Assembly: GCA_040905905.1 (NCBI GenBank)
Contig: JBBDQN010000030.1
Coordinates: 15,782 to 79,781, forward strand
Source: Acidimicrobiia bacterium
Lineage (GTDB): Bacteria; Actinomycetota; Acidimicrobiia; Spongiisociales; ZC4RG35
Direction of reading: 5' to 3'
Length of the DNA stretch: 64,000 bases
This document shows, piece by piece, positions 9,098 to 17,194 of this stretch; within the stretch, counting starts at the first letter, position 1; every line of letters begins with the position of its first letter. The notes under the pieces were generated by a model. That model made no database searches, was not told the origin of the DNA, and was given only the letters and a program-made list of their open reading frames with translations. The translations under genes and the position numbers were made by a program.

Positions 9098-10075
9098 ATG
9101 CCCGCCGTAACCGTCGAAAATACCCTCACCCTTCCCCGGGTGGCTGAACCAACCGCCGATCCGTCGACTGAACGGAAGGTGAAGTCGGTCACAACTGCCC
9201 CGCGAGGCTATGAAGGGGAGGGGTTTCCGGTCCGGCGCGCCTTTGCCGGTGTCGACCTCGGCGACCTCGATCCTTTTGTCCACCTCGACCAGATGGGTGA
9301 GGTCGAGTACGCCCCGGGCGAGCCCAAGGGCACTCCCTGGCATCCGCACCGCGGGTTTGAAACCGTCACCTACATGATCGACGGGGTGATGCAGCATCAG
9401 GACTCCCACGGTGGTGGCGGGATCATCAGCAATGGCGACACCCAATGGATGACGGCCGGGTCGGGGATTCTCCATATCGAGACACCGCCTGAATGGCTGG
9501 TCGTCTCCGGGGGTCTGTTCCACGGTTTCCAGCTGTGGGTCAACCTCCCTGCGGCCGAGAAGTTCTTGCCGCCCCGATACCAGGACCTCCGTGGTGGCGA
9601 TGTCGCGCTACTGACCACACCGGATGGAGGGGCACTGTTGCGGCTCATCGCAGGTGACCTCGATGGCCACGCCGGTCCCGGGTCGACCCACACCCCGATA
9701 ACCCTGATCCATGCCACGATCGCCCCCGGAGCTCAGGTGCGGCTTCCCTGGCGTTCTGACTTCAACGGCCTTGCCTACGTCCTTTCCGGTCGTGGTGAGT
9801 TTGGGAGCGAGAGGCGGGGCGCCGGTGCCGGCCAATTGGTGGTCTATGGCCCGGGAGAGAGCCTCACAGTGGCGGCCGACCCAAACCAGGACAGCCGCAC
9901 TCCCAACCTCGATGTCCTCATCCTTGGAGGAAAACCGATCCGCGAAGAAGTGGCGTGGTACGGGCCCTTCGTGATGAACACCGAAGCCGAAATCCGCCAG
10001 GCGCTGGAGGACTTCCAGCACGGCAAGTTAGGAACCATCCCCGCCGACGGCATCCAGCCGTACCGACCGGCCTGA
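9098..10075 (+). CDS. Pirin family protein (bicupin).
   Basis: The HPHRGFETVTYMIDG cupin metal-binding motif and the typical pirin length. An AAGGA ribosome-binding site precedes the ATG. Confidence 0.85.
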   Translation: MPAVTVENTLTLPRVAEPTADPSTERKVKSVTTAPRGYEGEGFPVRRAFAGVDLGDLDPFVHLDQMGEVEYAPGEPKGTPWHPHRGFETVTYMIDGVMQHQDSHGGGGIISNGDTQWMTAGSGILHIETPPEWLVVSGGLFHGFQLWVNLPAAEKFLPPRYQDLRGGDVALLTTPDGGALLRLIAGDLDGHAGPGSTHTPITLIHATIAPGAQVRLPWRSDFNGLAYVLSGRGEFGSERRGAGAGQLVVYGPGESLTVAADPNQDSRTPNLDVLILGGKPIREEVAWYGPFVMNTEAEIRQALEDFQHGKLGTIPADGIQPYRPA

Positions 10076-10086
10076 TGCAAAACCCC

Positions 10087-10134
10087 GCTTTTATCACCCG
10101 GACCCACCGAAAAACGGTGGGTCCAGGTCGCAAG
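10087..10134. repeat. Palindromic intergenic repeat, copy A (diverged copy).
   Basis: GCTTTTATCACCCGGACCCACCG-AAAAA-CGGTGGGTCCAGGTCGCAAG. The left arm matches the family consensus, and the outer right arm has diverged. Confidence 0.6.
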
Positions 10135-10160
10135 AGTGGGTAGGGCGGTATTCCTGACCT

Positions 10161-11243
10161 CTAACCGCCGTAACGAATAACGATCAACGCGTCGGACGCG
10201 GATTCGGCTCCCCAAACCTCGCCAGGTCTACCCAACAGTTGGCGTACGTTGCCGCCAGGCGAAGGGAGAGGAAAAGACTCAAAGCCTTCAGTGGCGGGGT
10301 CGAACCGAACCACGGCGCCGGCGCCGCTGAAATCGGTCAACCACACCCGGTCGGTTTCGTCCACGTAGACCGAGTAGGCCTGGGGGCCGTCACCGGGAAG
10401 CGGCCACTCCCGCCAGGTGCCGGTGGCTGGGTCGTAGGCGCCGACCTGTCCGGCGTTGAATTCGCTCACCCAGACGATGCCATTGCTGTCCGACCACACC
10501 CGGCGTGACCCCTGCCCGGGCGTCGGCGGATCAATCTGGTCTGCATTGCCAGTCGCCTTGTCGATGCGAGCGATGTGGTTGCCGGCCAGCGAGGCGTAGA
10601 AAACCTCATTGCTGGGAGTGACGGTGATGCCATAAGGGCCGCGTCCCCCCGGTGCGTCAAAGACCTCGGGCACGGGATTGGCGGGGTCCAGTCTGCCGAA
10701 TGCCCCACCCTGGCCCGTGAACCACAGGATCCCATCGTGATCGAAGACCGCTGTGTTGAGGTTGACTGCCCCACCGGGAAGAGGGAAGACCGCTACCGCC
10801 GACGTTGCAGGGTCGACCCGCGCGATGGCATTGAGACCGGTGTCGGTCACCCAAGCGGCGCCGTCGGGTCCGACAATTACGCCATGGGGAGCGGAGCCGC
10901 TGCCGAGGGGGATCTCCTCGACGTGGCCGCTGACGGGATCGAGTCGACCGAGGACGCCGATGTTCTGACCGGTGTACCAGACAGTCCCGTCAGGAGCCGG
11001 CGCCACGTCATGAGGCCCGCTGCCGGCCGGGACCGGGTACTCCTCGATTGCGGTGACCAGCGGAAGCCCGGTAGTAGTGGTTGTTCCGTCGACGGTAGTG
11101 CCCGTGGTGGTCGCCGTCGCCGGGGATGTGGCCGATGATGTGGAAGAGACGGCGTCCGTCGGACCGGGTGCCGTCGTCGCTTCCTCTCCGGCGCGGCACC
11201 CTGCAATCAATAACAACAACACGACCCCGAACCTGCGCGTCAC
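10161..11243 (-). CDS. Lipoprotein with a Vgb-like (streptogramin B lyase family) beta-propeller.
   Basis: A lipobox (LLLIAGCRAG), a Thr-rich linker, then repeated blades of the form GPhGI..GPDG.hW.T. GTG start at 11243. Confidence 0.55.
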   Translation of the reverse strand: MTRRFGVVLLLLIAGCRAGEEATTAPGPTDAVSSTSSATSPATATTTGTTVDGTTTTTGLPLVTAIEEYPVPAGSGPHDVAPAPDGTVWYTGQNIGVLGRLDPVSGHVEEIPLGSGSAPHGVIVGPDGAAWVTDTGLNAIARVDPATSAVAVFPLPGGAVNLNTAVFDHDGILWFTGQGGAFGRLDPANPVPEVFDAPGGRGPYGITVTPSNEVFYASLAGNHIARIDKATGNADQIDPPTPGQGSRRVWSDSNGIVWVSEFNAGQVGAYDPATGTWREWPLPGDGPQAYSVYVDETDRVWLTDFSGAGAVVRFDPATEGFESFPLPSPGGNVRQLLGRPGEVWGAESASDALIVIRYGG

Positions 11244-11266
11244 CCGACAACCCTAGGTCCAACGTC

Positions 11267-11318
11267 GCTTTTATCACCCAGACCCGTCGTATAACGACGG
11301 GTCTGGGTGATAAAACGG
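11267..11318. repeat. Palindromic intergenic repeat, copy B. This copy is a perfect palindrome.
   Basis: GCTTTTATCACCCAGACCCGTCG-TATAA-CGACGGGTCTGGGTGATAAAACGG. It sits in the divergent region between 11243 and 11323. Confidence 0.75.
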
Positions 11319-11322
11319 GGTA

Positions 11323-12123
11323 ATGGCAGTTGATGCGCTCTTTCACCGTGACGGCGAACTCTTCATTCCGACGGAACTCACCAGGGGAGGGTGGTCGGAC
11401 GACTCCCAACATGGGAGCCCACCTTCGGGGCTTTTGGCCCGGGCCATAGAGCAGGTGCCAACGGCGGTTCCGATGCAAGTGGTCCGCTTCACCATCGACC
11501 TCTTTCGGGCGGTGCCGCTGTCGCCATTGACGGTGCAGACCACGGTTCGTCGCGATGGCAAGCGAATCCAGGTGGTCGACGCGTTCCTCTACGCCGGAGA
11601 GCTTGAGGTTGGCAGGGTGTCTTCACTCAAGATCCGCCTGGCGGATCTCGACCTCGATGACCGTGACGAAGCCCCCTGGGTGCAGCCGGGCGATCCGGAA
11701 GCGGCCGAACCTATGGCCTGGGCCGATGTCTTCGGAACCCGATCGGGAACCACGCGTTTCCACTACGACGCGGTCGAGATCCGCACCTTCGACAACAGTT
11801 TCCTGGAAATGGGGCCAGGTGTGTCGTGGTTTCGGTTGCTGTTTCCGGTGGTGGCCGGGGAGGAACCGAGTTCTTTTGTCCGTTTGGCGACTATCGCCGA
11901 CATGTCAAACGGCAATTCCCAGGCCCTTGATCCCCGGCGGTGGATCTACGTGAATCCCGACATCACTCTCTACGCTCACCGTCTCCCGGTGGACGAATGG
12001 ATCGGGATGCGCTCGGCGGCCTTCCAGCACCACACCGGCATCGGGTTAGCGGATACCCGTGTGTTCGATCGACAGGGTCCCCTGGGGCGGATCAATCAGG
12101 CCCAGCTGCTCGATCACCGCTAG
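11323..12123 (+). CDS. Thioesterase-like superfamily protein (possibly a double hot-dog, acyl-CoA thioesterase-like).
   Basis: The length and overall sequence pattern resemble TesB-like thioesterase family proteins. This is a weak assignment. Confidence 0.4.
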   Translation: MAVDALFHRDGELFIPTELTRGGWSDDSQHGSPPSGLLARAIEQVPTAVPMQVVRFTIDLFRAVPLSPLTVQTTVRRDGKRIQVVDAFLYAGELEVGRVSSLKIRLADLDLDDRDEAPWVQPGDPEAAEPMAWADVFGTRSGTTRFHYDAVEIRTFDNSFLEMGPGVSWFRLLFPVVAGEEPSSFVRLATIADMSNGNSQALDPRRWIYVNPDITLYAHRLPVDEWIGMRSAAFQHHTGIGLADTRVFDRQGPLGRINQAQLLDHR

Positions 12124-12685
12124 TCCGGAAGCCTTCTACCTCGACCGTGGTCCGTCGTCGTCGCACCTGGAGGAGGGTTCCTGCAACCACCGCAGCGACG
12201 AGTGCCGGCCATGTCCAAACCGGAATCCCGCTCTGAACGTCGGGAGCAACGGTCATGGGTGGCGAGCCCGGTCCGCCTGCCAGTTTCGCCAGCGCTTCTT
12301 CAAGGTCGAGGGTTAGTTCCTGGGTCAGGGTGCAACTGTTGTCCATATAGGGATCAGACGAAGAGGTTGGAAAGAAGACGTATCTGACACCGTTCAGAAA
12401 GGACCGGTCCAAGGACGAGGTTGTCATAAAGCCACCCCGAGGGAAGGGATCGCCAGTGCCCCATATGCTTGCATCAACAGATACGCCGGAGCCCTTCCAC
12501 ACCGTGTCGACCTCGAGAAGGGCCACCCGATTCGAAGAAGAGGTCGAGACAACCGTGCCGGTGAAGACCAGCGGTGCCGCCGCGAAGCCTTGAGCGAAGC
12601 CGGGCGGATCGGCACAAAGTGCTGTTGCCGGCACTGAAAGGGCGAGAGTCGCCAAGCCGAGGCAGATCGCTGCACCCCATTTCAC
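12092..12685 (-). CDS. Secreted hypothetical protein with a C-terminal TM anchor.
   Basis: GTG start. The signal peptide is MKWGAAICLGLATLALSVPATA. The C-terminal hydrophobic segment is followed by RRRR. Confidence 0.45.
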   Translation of the reverse strand: MKWGAAICLGLATLALSVPATALCADPPGFAQGFAAAPLVFTGTVVSTSSSNRVALLEVDTVWKGSGVSVDASIWGTGDPFPRGGFMTTSSLDRSFLNGVRYVFFPTSSSDPYMDNSCTLTQELTLDLEEALAKLAGGPGSPPMTVAPDVQSGIPVWTWPALVAAVVAGTLLQVRRRRTTVEVEGFRTSGDRAAGPD

Positions 12686-12714
12686 ACCCTCAGCGTAATC
12701 CAGAAGAGTTGACC

Positions 12715-12732
12715 AACGAACGATCGTTCGTT
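12715..12732. promoter_or_regulatory. Perfect 18-bp palindrome AACGAACGATCGTTCGTT, 12 bp upstream of the paaA start. It is a putative PaaR (TetR) operator.
   Basis: The palindrome is read directly from the sequence. It overlaps the paaA ribosome-binding-site region. The core CGAACGATCGTTCG fits the CNAACGNNCGTTNG pattern I recall for PaaR operators. Confidence 0.5.
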
Positions 12733-12743
12733 AACCTCGAAGG

Positions 12744-13673
12744 ATGAACGGAGACGAAAAGTTTCAGGCTTTGCTCGACGCCGAGGACAAGATCGAACCC
12801 ACCGATTGGATGCCCGAGGCCTATCGCCAGACTCTGATCCGCCAGATCGCTCAACACGCCCATTCCGAAGTCATTGGCATGCAGCCCGAAGGCAATTGGA
12901 TCTCGCGCGCTCCCTCTCTGCGCCGCAAGGCGATCCTCATCGCCAAAGTCCAGGACGAAGCCGGCCACGGCCTCTACCTCTACTCGGCTGCCGAGACTCT
13001 CGGCGTCACCCGTGACGAGCTCTACGACCTTCTCCACACGGGCAAGCAAAAGTACTCCTCGATCTTCAACTACCCCACCCTGTCGTGGGCGGACATGGGC
13101 GCGATCGGATGGCTCGTCGATGGTGCCGCTATCACCAATCAGGTGATGTTGAAACGCTGCTCCTATGGCCCCTACGCCCGAGCGATGGTTCGCATCTGTC
13201 TCGAGGAGTCATTCCATCAAAGACAGGGCTACGAGATCTTGATCGCCCTCTGTAATGGGACGACCGAACAGAAGGCGCTTGCCCAAGATGCGCTCAATCG
13301 CTTTTGGTGGCCGTCGTTGATGATGTTCGGGCCCCACGACTCTGAGTCGGCTCACAGCGAGCAGTCGATGAAGTGGAAGATCAAGCGGGTCTCCAACGAT
13401 GACCTCCGCCAGCAGTTCGTCGACATGACCGTGCCCCAGGCCGACTACCTCGGCCTCACCATCCCTGACCCCGAGCTCAAGTGGAACCCCGAGCGCGGTC
13501 ATTACGACTTCGGCCCCATCGACTGGGACGAGTTCTGGGCCGTGGTCAAAGGCAACGGACCCATGAACCGGGAGCGGCTTGCACACAAACGTCTGGCCTG
13601 GGAGGAGGGCGCCTGGGTACGAGAAGCCGCGGTCGCCCACTCTGCCAAGTCATCCACCAAGGAAGTGGCTTGA
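12744..13673 (+). CDS. paaA: 1,2-phenylacetyl-CoA epoxidase subunit A.
   Basis: Ferritin-like di-iron oxygenase sequence with the PaaA signature ([16 protein letters not shown]...EAGHGLYLY). First gene of a five-gene paa operon. Confidence 0.9.
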   Translation: MNGDEKFQALLDAEDKIEPTDWMPEAYRQTLIRQIAQHAHSEVIGMQPEGNWISRAPSLRRKAILIAKVQDEAGHGLYLYSAAETLGVTRDELYDLLHTGKQKYSSIFNYPTLSWADMGAIGWLVDGAAITNQVMLKRCSYGPYARAMVRICLEESFHQRQGYEILIALCNGTTEQKALAQDALNRFWWPSLMMFGPHDSESAHSEQSMKWKIKRVSNDDLRQQFVDMTVPQADYLGLTIPDPELKWNPERGHYDFGPIDWDEFWAVVKGNGPMNRERLAHKRLAWEEGAWVREAAVAHSAKSSTKEVA

Positions 13674-13674
13674 G

Positions 13675-14016
13675 ATGACTTATTCGGTACCAAAGGTGGC
13701 GGGCGAGGCCGAAATCGAAGTCGGACGCGACCAGGGCGCCGCCCAATGGCCCCTGTGGGAGGTCTTCATCCGTCAGAAGCGAGGTCTCTCCCATGTCCAT
13801 GTCGGATCGCTGCACGCCCCCGACTCCGAAACCGCTCTGCTCTCGGCCCGGGATGTCTACACCCGCCGGGTGGAAGGTGTCAGCATCTGGGTGGTCGCCT
13901 CCACCGACATCACCGCCTCTGACCCCGATGACGCCGCTTCCTTCTTCGAGTCGATCGAGAAGCCTTACCGGCACGCCACCCACTACGAGATCCCCGATGA
14001 AGTGGGGCAGATGTGA
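13675..14016 (+). CDS. paaB: 1,2-phenylacetyl-CoA epoxidase subunit B.
   Basis: A small protein, MTYSVPKVAGEAEIEVGRDQGAAQWPLWEVFIRQKRG. Its position directly after paaA fits. Confidence 0.85.
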   Translation: MTYSVPKVAGEAEIEVGRDQGAAQWPLWEVFIRQKRGLSHVHVGSLHAPDSETALLSARDVYTRRVEGVSIWVVASTDITASDPDDAASFFESIEKPYRHATHYEIPDEVGQM

Positions 14017-14693
14017 TGGCCGCCCTGAATCATGGCGATGACAATCTCGTCATTGCCCAACGGCTAGCCGAGTGGGTTTCGCGCGGTCCCGATCTGGAAA
14101 CGGACATCGCCCTCGGCAACATCGCCCTCGATCATCTTGGAGTTGCTCGAGCGCTCCTGGGCAGTGCCGAGGAGGATCGCAGTGAGGACGATCTAGCCAT
14201 GCTGCGTTCCGAACGCGAGTTCACCAACCTGCTCATCTGCGAGCAGCCCAACGGGGACTTCGCCCAGACCATCGCCCGCCAGTTCCTGTTCGACGCCTAT
14301 CAGTTGGGACTCTGGGAGAAGTTGAGCACGGATGCCGGCGCGACCATCGCCGGTGTGGCCGGCAAGGCGCTGTTGGAGGCTCGGTACCACTTCCGTTTCT
14401 CGTCTTCATGGGTCATACGGTTGGGAGACGGCACTCCCGAGAGCCGGCGACGCATGGAGGAAGGCTTGGTGCTGATGTGGCGATTTGTGGGCGAGATGTT
14501 CGATCAATCCCCCGACCTCCGGTCGGATTGGGATCGTCGGGTCGACGAGGTCATGACCACGGCCACCCTCCATCGGCCCGCCGACGTCTTTCAACGCCGG
14601 GGAGGAAGGGAAGGCATCCACACCGAACACCTTGGTCACCTGTTGGCGGAGATGCAGTGGATGGCGCGCGCCTATCCAGGAGCTTCGTGGTGA
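14016..14693 (+). CDS. paaC: 1,2-phenylacetyl-CoA epoxidase subunit C.
   Basis: PaaC-like ferritin fold. The start overlaps the paaB stop as TGATG. Confidence 0.8.
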   Translation: MAALNHGDDNLVIAQRLAEWVSRGPDLETDIALGNIALDHLGVARALLGSAEEDRSEDDLAMLRSEREFTNLLICEQPNGDFAQTIARQFLFDAYQLGLWEKLSTDAGATIAGVAGKALLEARYHFRFSSSWVIRLGDGTPESRRRMEEGLVLMWRFVGEMFDQSPDLRSDWDRRVDEVMTTATLHRPADVFQRRGGREGIHTEHLGHLLAEMQWMARAYPGASW

Positions 14694-15127
14694 TCGCCGA
14701 ACTCCTCGAACAGGTCAAGGACCCCGAGATTCCCGTTCTGACTATCGCCGACCTCGGCATTCTGCGTGGCTTTGATGTCGACGGCTCCAAAGTGACGGTC
14801 ACCATCACTCCTACTTACTCAGGATGCCCCGCCATGGACATGATCAAGGCGGACATCGCCCGGGTTCTCGAAGAGAAGGGCTTCAGCGCAACGATTCGCA
14901 CCACCTATTCACCGCCCTGGACGACCGACATGATCAGCCGGGAGGGAAAAGCCAAACTGGCGCGGATCGGAATCGCCCCGCCCACCCCGGTGAGCGAGGT
15001 GCGTTGTCCTCGCTGTGCGACCGGTGACCCACGGACTGTGAGCGAGTTTGGCTCCACAGCCTGCAAGGCCCTCATGGTCTGTCCGAACTGTCGCGAGCCC
15101 TTCGACCTCTTTAAAGAGCTGCGATGA
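14687..15127 (+). CDS. paaD: Phenylacetate-CoA oxygenase subunit PaaD (PaaJ), a DUF59/MIP18-family protein.
   Basis: The C-terminal CPRCATGD...CPNC Cys pairs match the PaaD family. The GTG start overlaps the paaC stop. Confidence 0.75.
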   Translation: MVIAELLEQVKDPEIPVLTIADLGILRGFDVDGSKVTVTITPTYSGCPAMDMIKADIARVLEEKGFSATIRTTYSPPWTTDMISREGKAKLARIGIAPPTPVSEVRCPRCATGDPRTVSEFGSTACKALMVCPNCREPFDLFKELR

Positions 15128-16185
15128 GCGCACCGGTCTTTCATCGGCTCCGAGTCATCGAAGTAACACCTCTCACCGATGACGCCGTCGTCCTCACTTT
15201 TGAGGTCCCCGATGACTTGCGAACCGAATTCGCCTTTGCGGCTGGCCAACACGTCACCGTCAAGGCCGACATCGACGGCGCCGACGTGCGACGGAGTTAC
15301 TCCATCTGCTCCAACGCCAGCGAGGGCAAACTTCGAATCGGCGTAAAGCGACTCCCTGGTGGCGCATTCTCCAACTGGGCTATTTCAGATCTCAAGGCCG
15401 GCACAGTCTTGGAGGTGATGCCTCCGGTGGGGGAGTTCACTGTGATCACCAGGCCGGTTCACTACGGCGCGGTAACGGCGGGAAGCGGGATCACACCGGT
15501 GCTTTCCTTGGTGTCGACCACCCTGGAGGCCGAGCCTGGCTGTAGGTGGACCGTCATTTTCGGCAATCGCAGCGCCGACTCTGTGATGTTCCTCGATGAA
15601 CTCGAGGGTCTCAAGGATCGTTATCCGCACCGACTGCAAATCATCCACATTCTCTCCCGCGAACAGGCAGCGACACCGCTTTTTTCGGGTCGGATCGACG
15701 GACCCAAGCTCGACGAGCTGTTGGATCGGGTGGTGGGTCCCGTCATCCCCGACGAGTGGTTCCTATGTGGTCCCTACGAAATGGTGATTGCCGCCCGGGC
15801 GGTCTTGGAGACGAGGGGGCTCCACCCCGAAAAGATCCGCGACGAGCTCTTCTTCGCAGGACCGCTTGATCCATCCACGCTTCCAACGGAACCCGAGGAA
15901 GCGGAAGACACGGTCCGGTTGCAGATCACCCTGGCCGGACGGTCGACCACAACCCGGATGAGTCCCGACTCGTCGATTCTCGATGCGGCCTTGCGGGTCC
16001 GGGGCGAGCTTCCCTACTCGTGCAAGGGAGGCATGTGTGCGTCGTGCAAAGCCAGACTTGTCGAGGGCGAAGTCCGCATGGACAAGAACTGGGCTCTGGT
16101 CGAGAGCGAACTCGCCGCGGGCTATGTGCTTACCTGCCAGGCGCATCCCCTGACCGAGTCGGTGACCGTGGACTACGACGTATGA
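15124..16185 (+). CDS. paaE: Phenylacetate-CoA oxygenase reductase subunit (FNR-like, with a C-terminal 2Fe-2S ferredoxin).
   Basis: RxYS FAD-binding motif, an NAD-binding domain, and the C-terminal CKGGMCASCKARL plant-type ferredoxin motif. Confidence 0.85.
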   Translation: MSAPVFHRLRVIEVTPLTDDAVVLTFEVPDDLRTEFAFAAGQHVTVKADIDGADVRRSYSICSNASEGKLRIGVKRLPGGAFSNWAISDLKAGTVLEVMPPVGEFTVITRPVHYGAVTAGSGITPVLSLVSTTLEAEPGCRWTVIFGNRSADSVMFLDELEGLKDRYPHRLQIIHILSREQAATPLFSGRIDGPKLDELLDRVVGPVIPDEWFLCGPYEMVIAARAVLETRGLHPEKIRDELFFAGPLDPSTLPTEPEEAEDTVRLQITLAGRSTTTRMSPDSSILDAALRVRGELPYSCKGGMCASCKARLVEGEVRMDKNWALVESELAAGYVLTCQAHPLTESVTVDYDV

Positions 16186-16742
16186 CCACTCGGGCTGTTC
16201 GTTCTCGCGACGACGTGGTGCGTACGGCCGGGAAGCTCTTTGCCGAACGCGGCTATCACGGCACCTCGATGCGGGACCTGGCTGCTGAGTTGGGGCTGTT
16301 GGGCTCGTCGTTGTACAGCCATATATCTTCGAAGGAAGACCTGTTGGTCGAAGTAGTCGAGAGAGGTGCTGATCTATTTCAGAGTTCGGCGGAGGCGGCT
16401 CTGGCGACATCGGGGACGGCCGCCAGCCGGCTAAAGGCCCTGGTTGCTGGGCACGTGGACGTGGTACTCGATCACCTTGATGAGGTGCGGACATTCCTCA
16501 ACGAGGCCGGTGTCCTTGACGAGGTACACAGAAGTCGGGTTCTGGCAGCCCGTGACCGCTACGAGGCTTCCTATCGTGAGGTCTTGTCCGAGATGAAGGT
16601 GGCTGATCCGAAACTGGCCGCGATCTTCCTTCTCTCGATCCTTAACGCCCTGGAGCGGTGGTATCGGCCGACCGGCTCCCTCCAGCGCCAAGATTTGGTC
16701 GACGAGATCCTCGGGTTCGCATTGAACGGGATCAGGCGATGA
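16182..16742 (+). CDS. paaR: TetR/AcrR family transcriptional regulator, the putative paa operon repressor.
   Basis: The N-terminal TetR HTH is AGKLFAERGYHGTSMRDLAAELGL. Its ATG overlaps the paaE stop. The symbol rests on genomic context only. Confidence 0.7.
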   Translation: MTTRAVRSRDDVVRTAGKLFAERGYHGTSMRDLAAELGLLGSSLYSHISSKEDLLVEVVERGADLFQSSAEAALATSGTAASRLKALVAGHVDVVLDHLDEVRTFLNEAGVLDEVHRSRVLAARDRYEASYREVLSEMKVADPKLAAIFLLSILNALERWYRPTGSLQRQDLVDEILGFALNGIRR

Positions 16743-17191
16743 CCAATCGAAGGATTCTTCAACCCCGCCACATAGGAGTAATTGCGATCGGCCTGGTCTT
16801 GGTAGCGGTGGTCGCGGCCGCCGTGATTACTACCCTGCGACCCGTTGAGGATCTCGATCCCAACTCACCCGAAGGGGCGGTGCAGGGATTCTTTCAAGCC
16901 CTCGAGGCGAGGGACTACAAGGCTGCCCACACCTTGCTGTCGTCGAAGCTGCAGACCGACTGCACGCCGACCGACCTCGCCACTTACCTCTCCGACTTCG
17001 ATCGCGTTGTCATCGATGAGGTGGTTCCCAGCGACTCCGCGACGCTTGTGAGGGTTGAGGTCCAACATATAGATGCGACCGATCCTCTCAATCCCTACAC
17101 GTATATGGAACTTCTCGACTTCGACATCGAACGTGAGAACGTCAGGCCGGTGATAAGCCGACTTCCCTGGCCCTTCTTCTGTGAGGCTTGA
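16739..17191 (+). CDS. Membrane-anchored hypothetical protein (N-terminal TM followed by a roughly 100-aa soluble domain).
   Basis: ATGA overlap with the paaR stop. One TM helix (IGVIAIGLVLVAVVAAAVITTL) is followed by a soluble domain with no recognisable motif. Confidence 0.5.
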   Translation: MTNRRILQPRHIGVIAIGLVLVAVVAAAVITTLRPVEDLDPNSPEGAVQGFFQALEARDYKAAHTLLSSKLQTDCTPTDLATYLSDFDRVVIDEVVPSDSATLVRVEVQHIDATDPLNPYTYMELLDFDIERENVRPVISRLPWPFFCEA

Positions 17192-17194
17192 ACC

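Noticed and set aside
9020-9523. The N-terminal 168-codon extension of the YihY ORF (the ORF runs 8159-9523).
   Set aside because: The YihY family starts at MTTSGSYLP (9019). The extension would cover the divergent pirin promoter and start, and it has no homologous signal.
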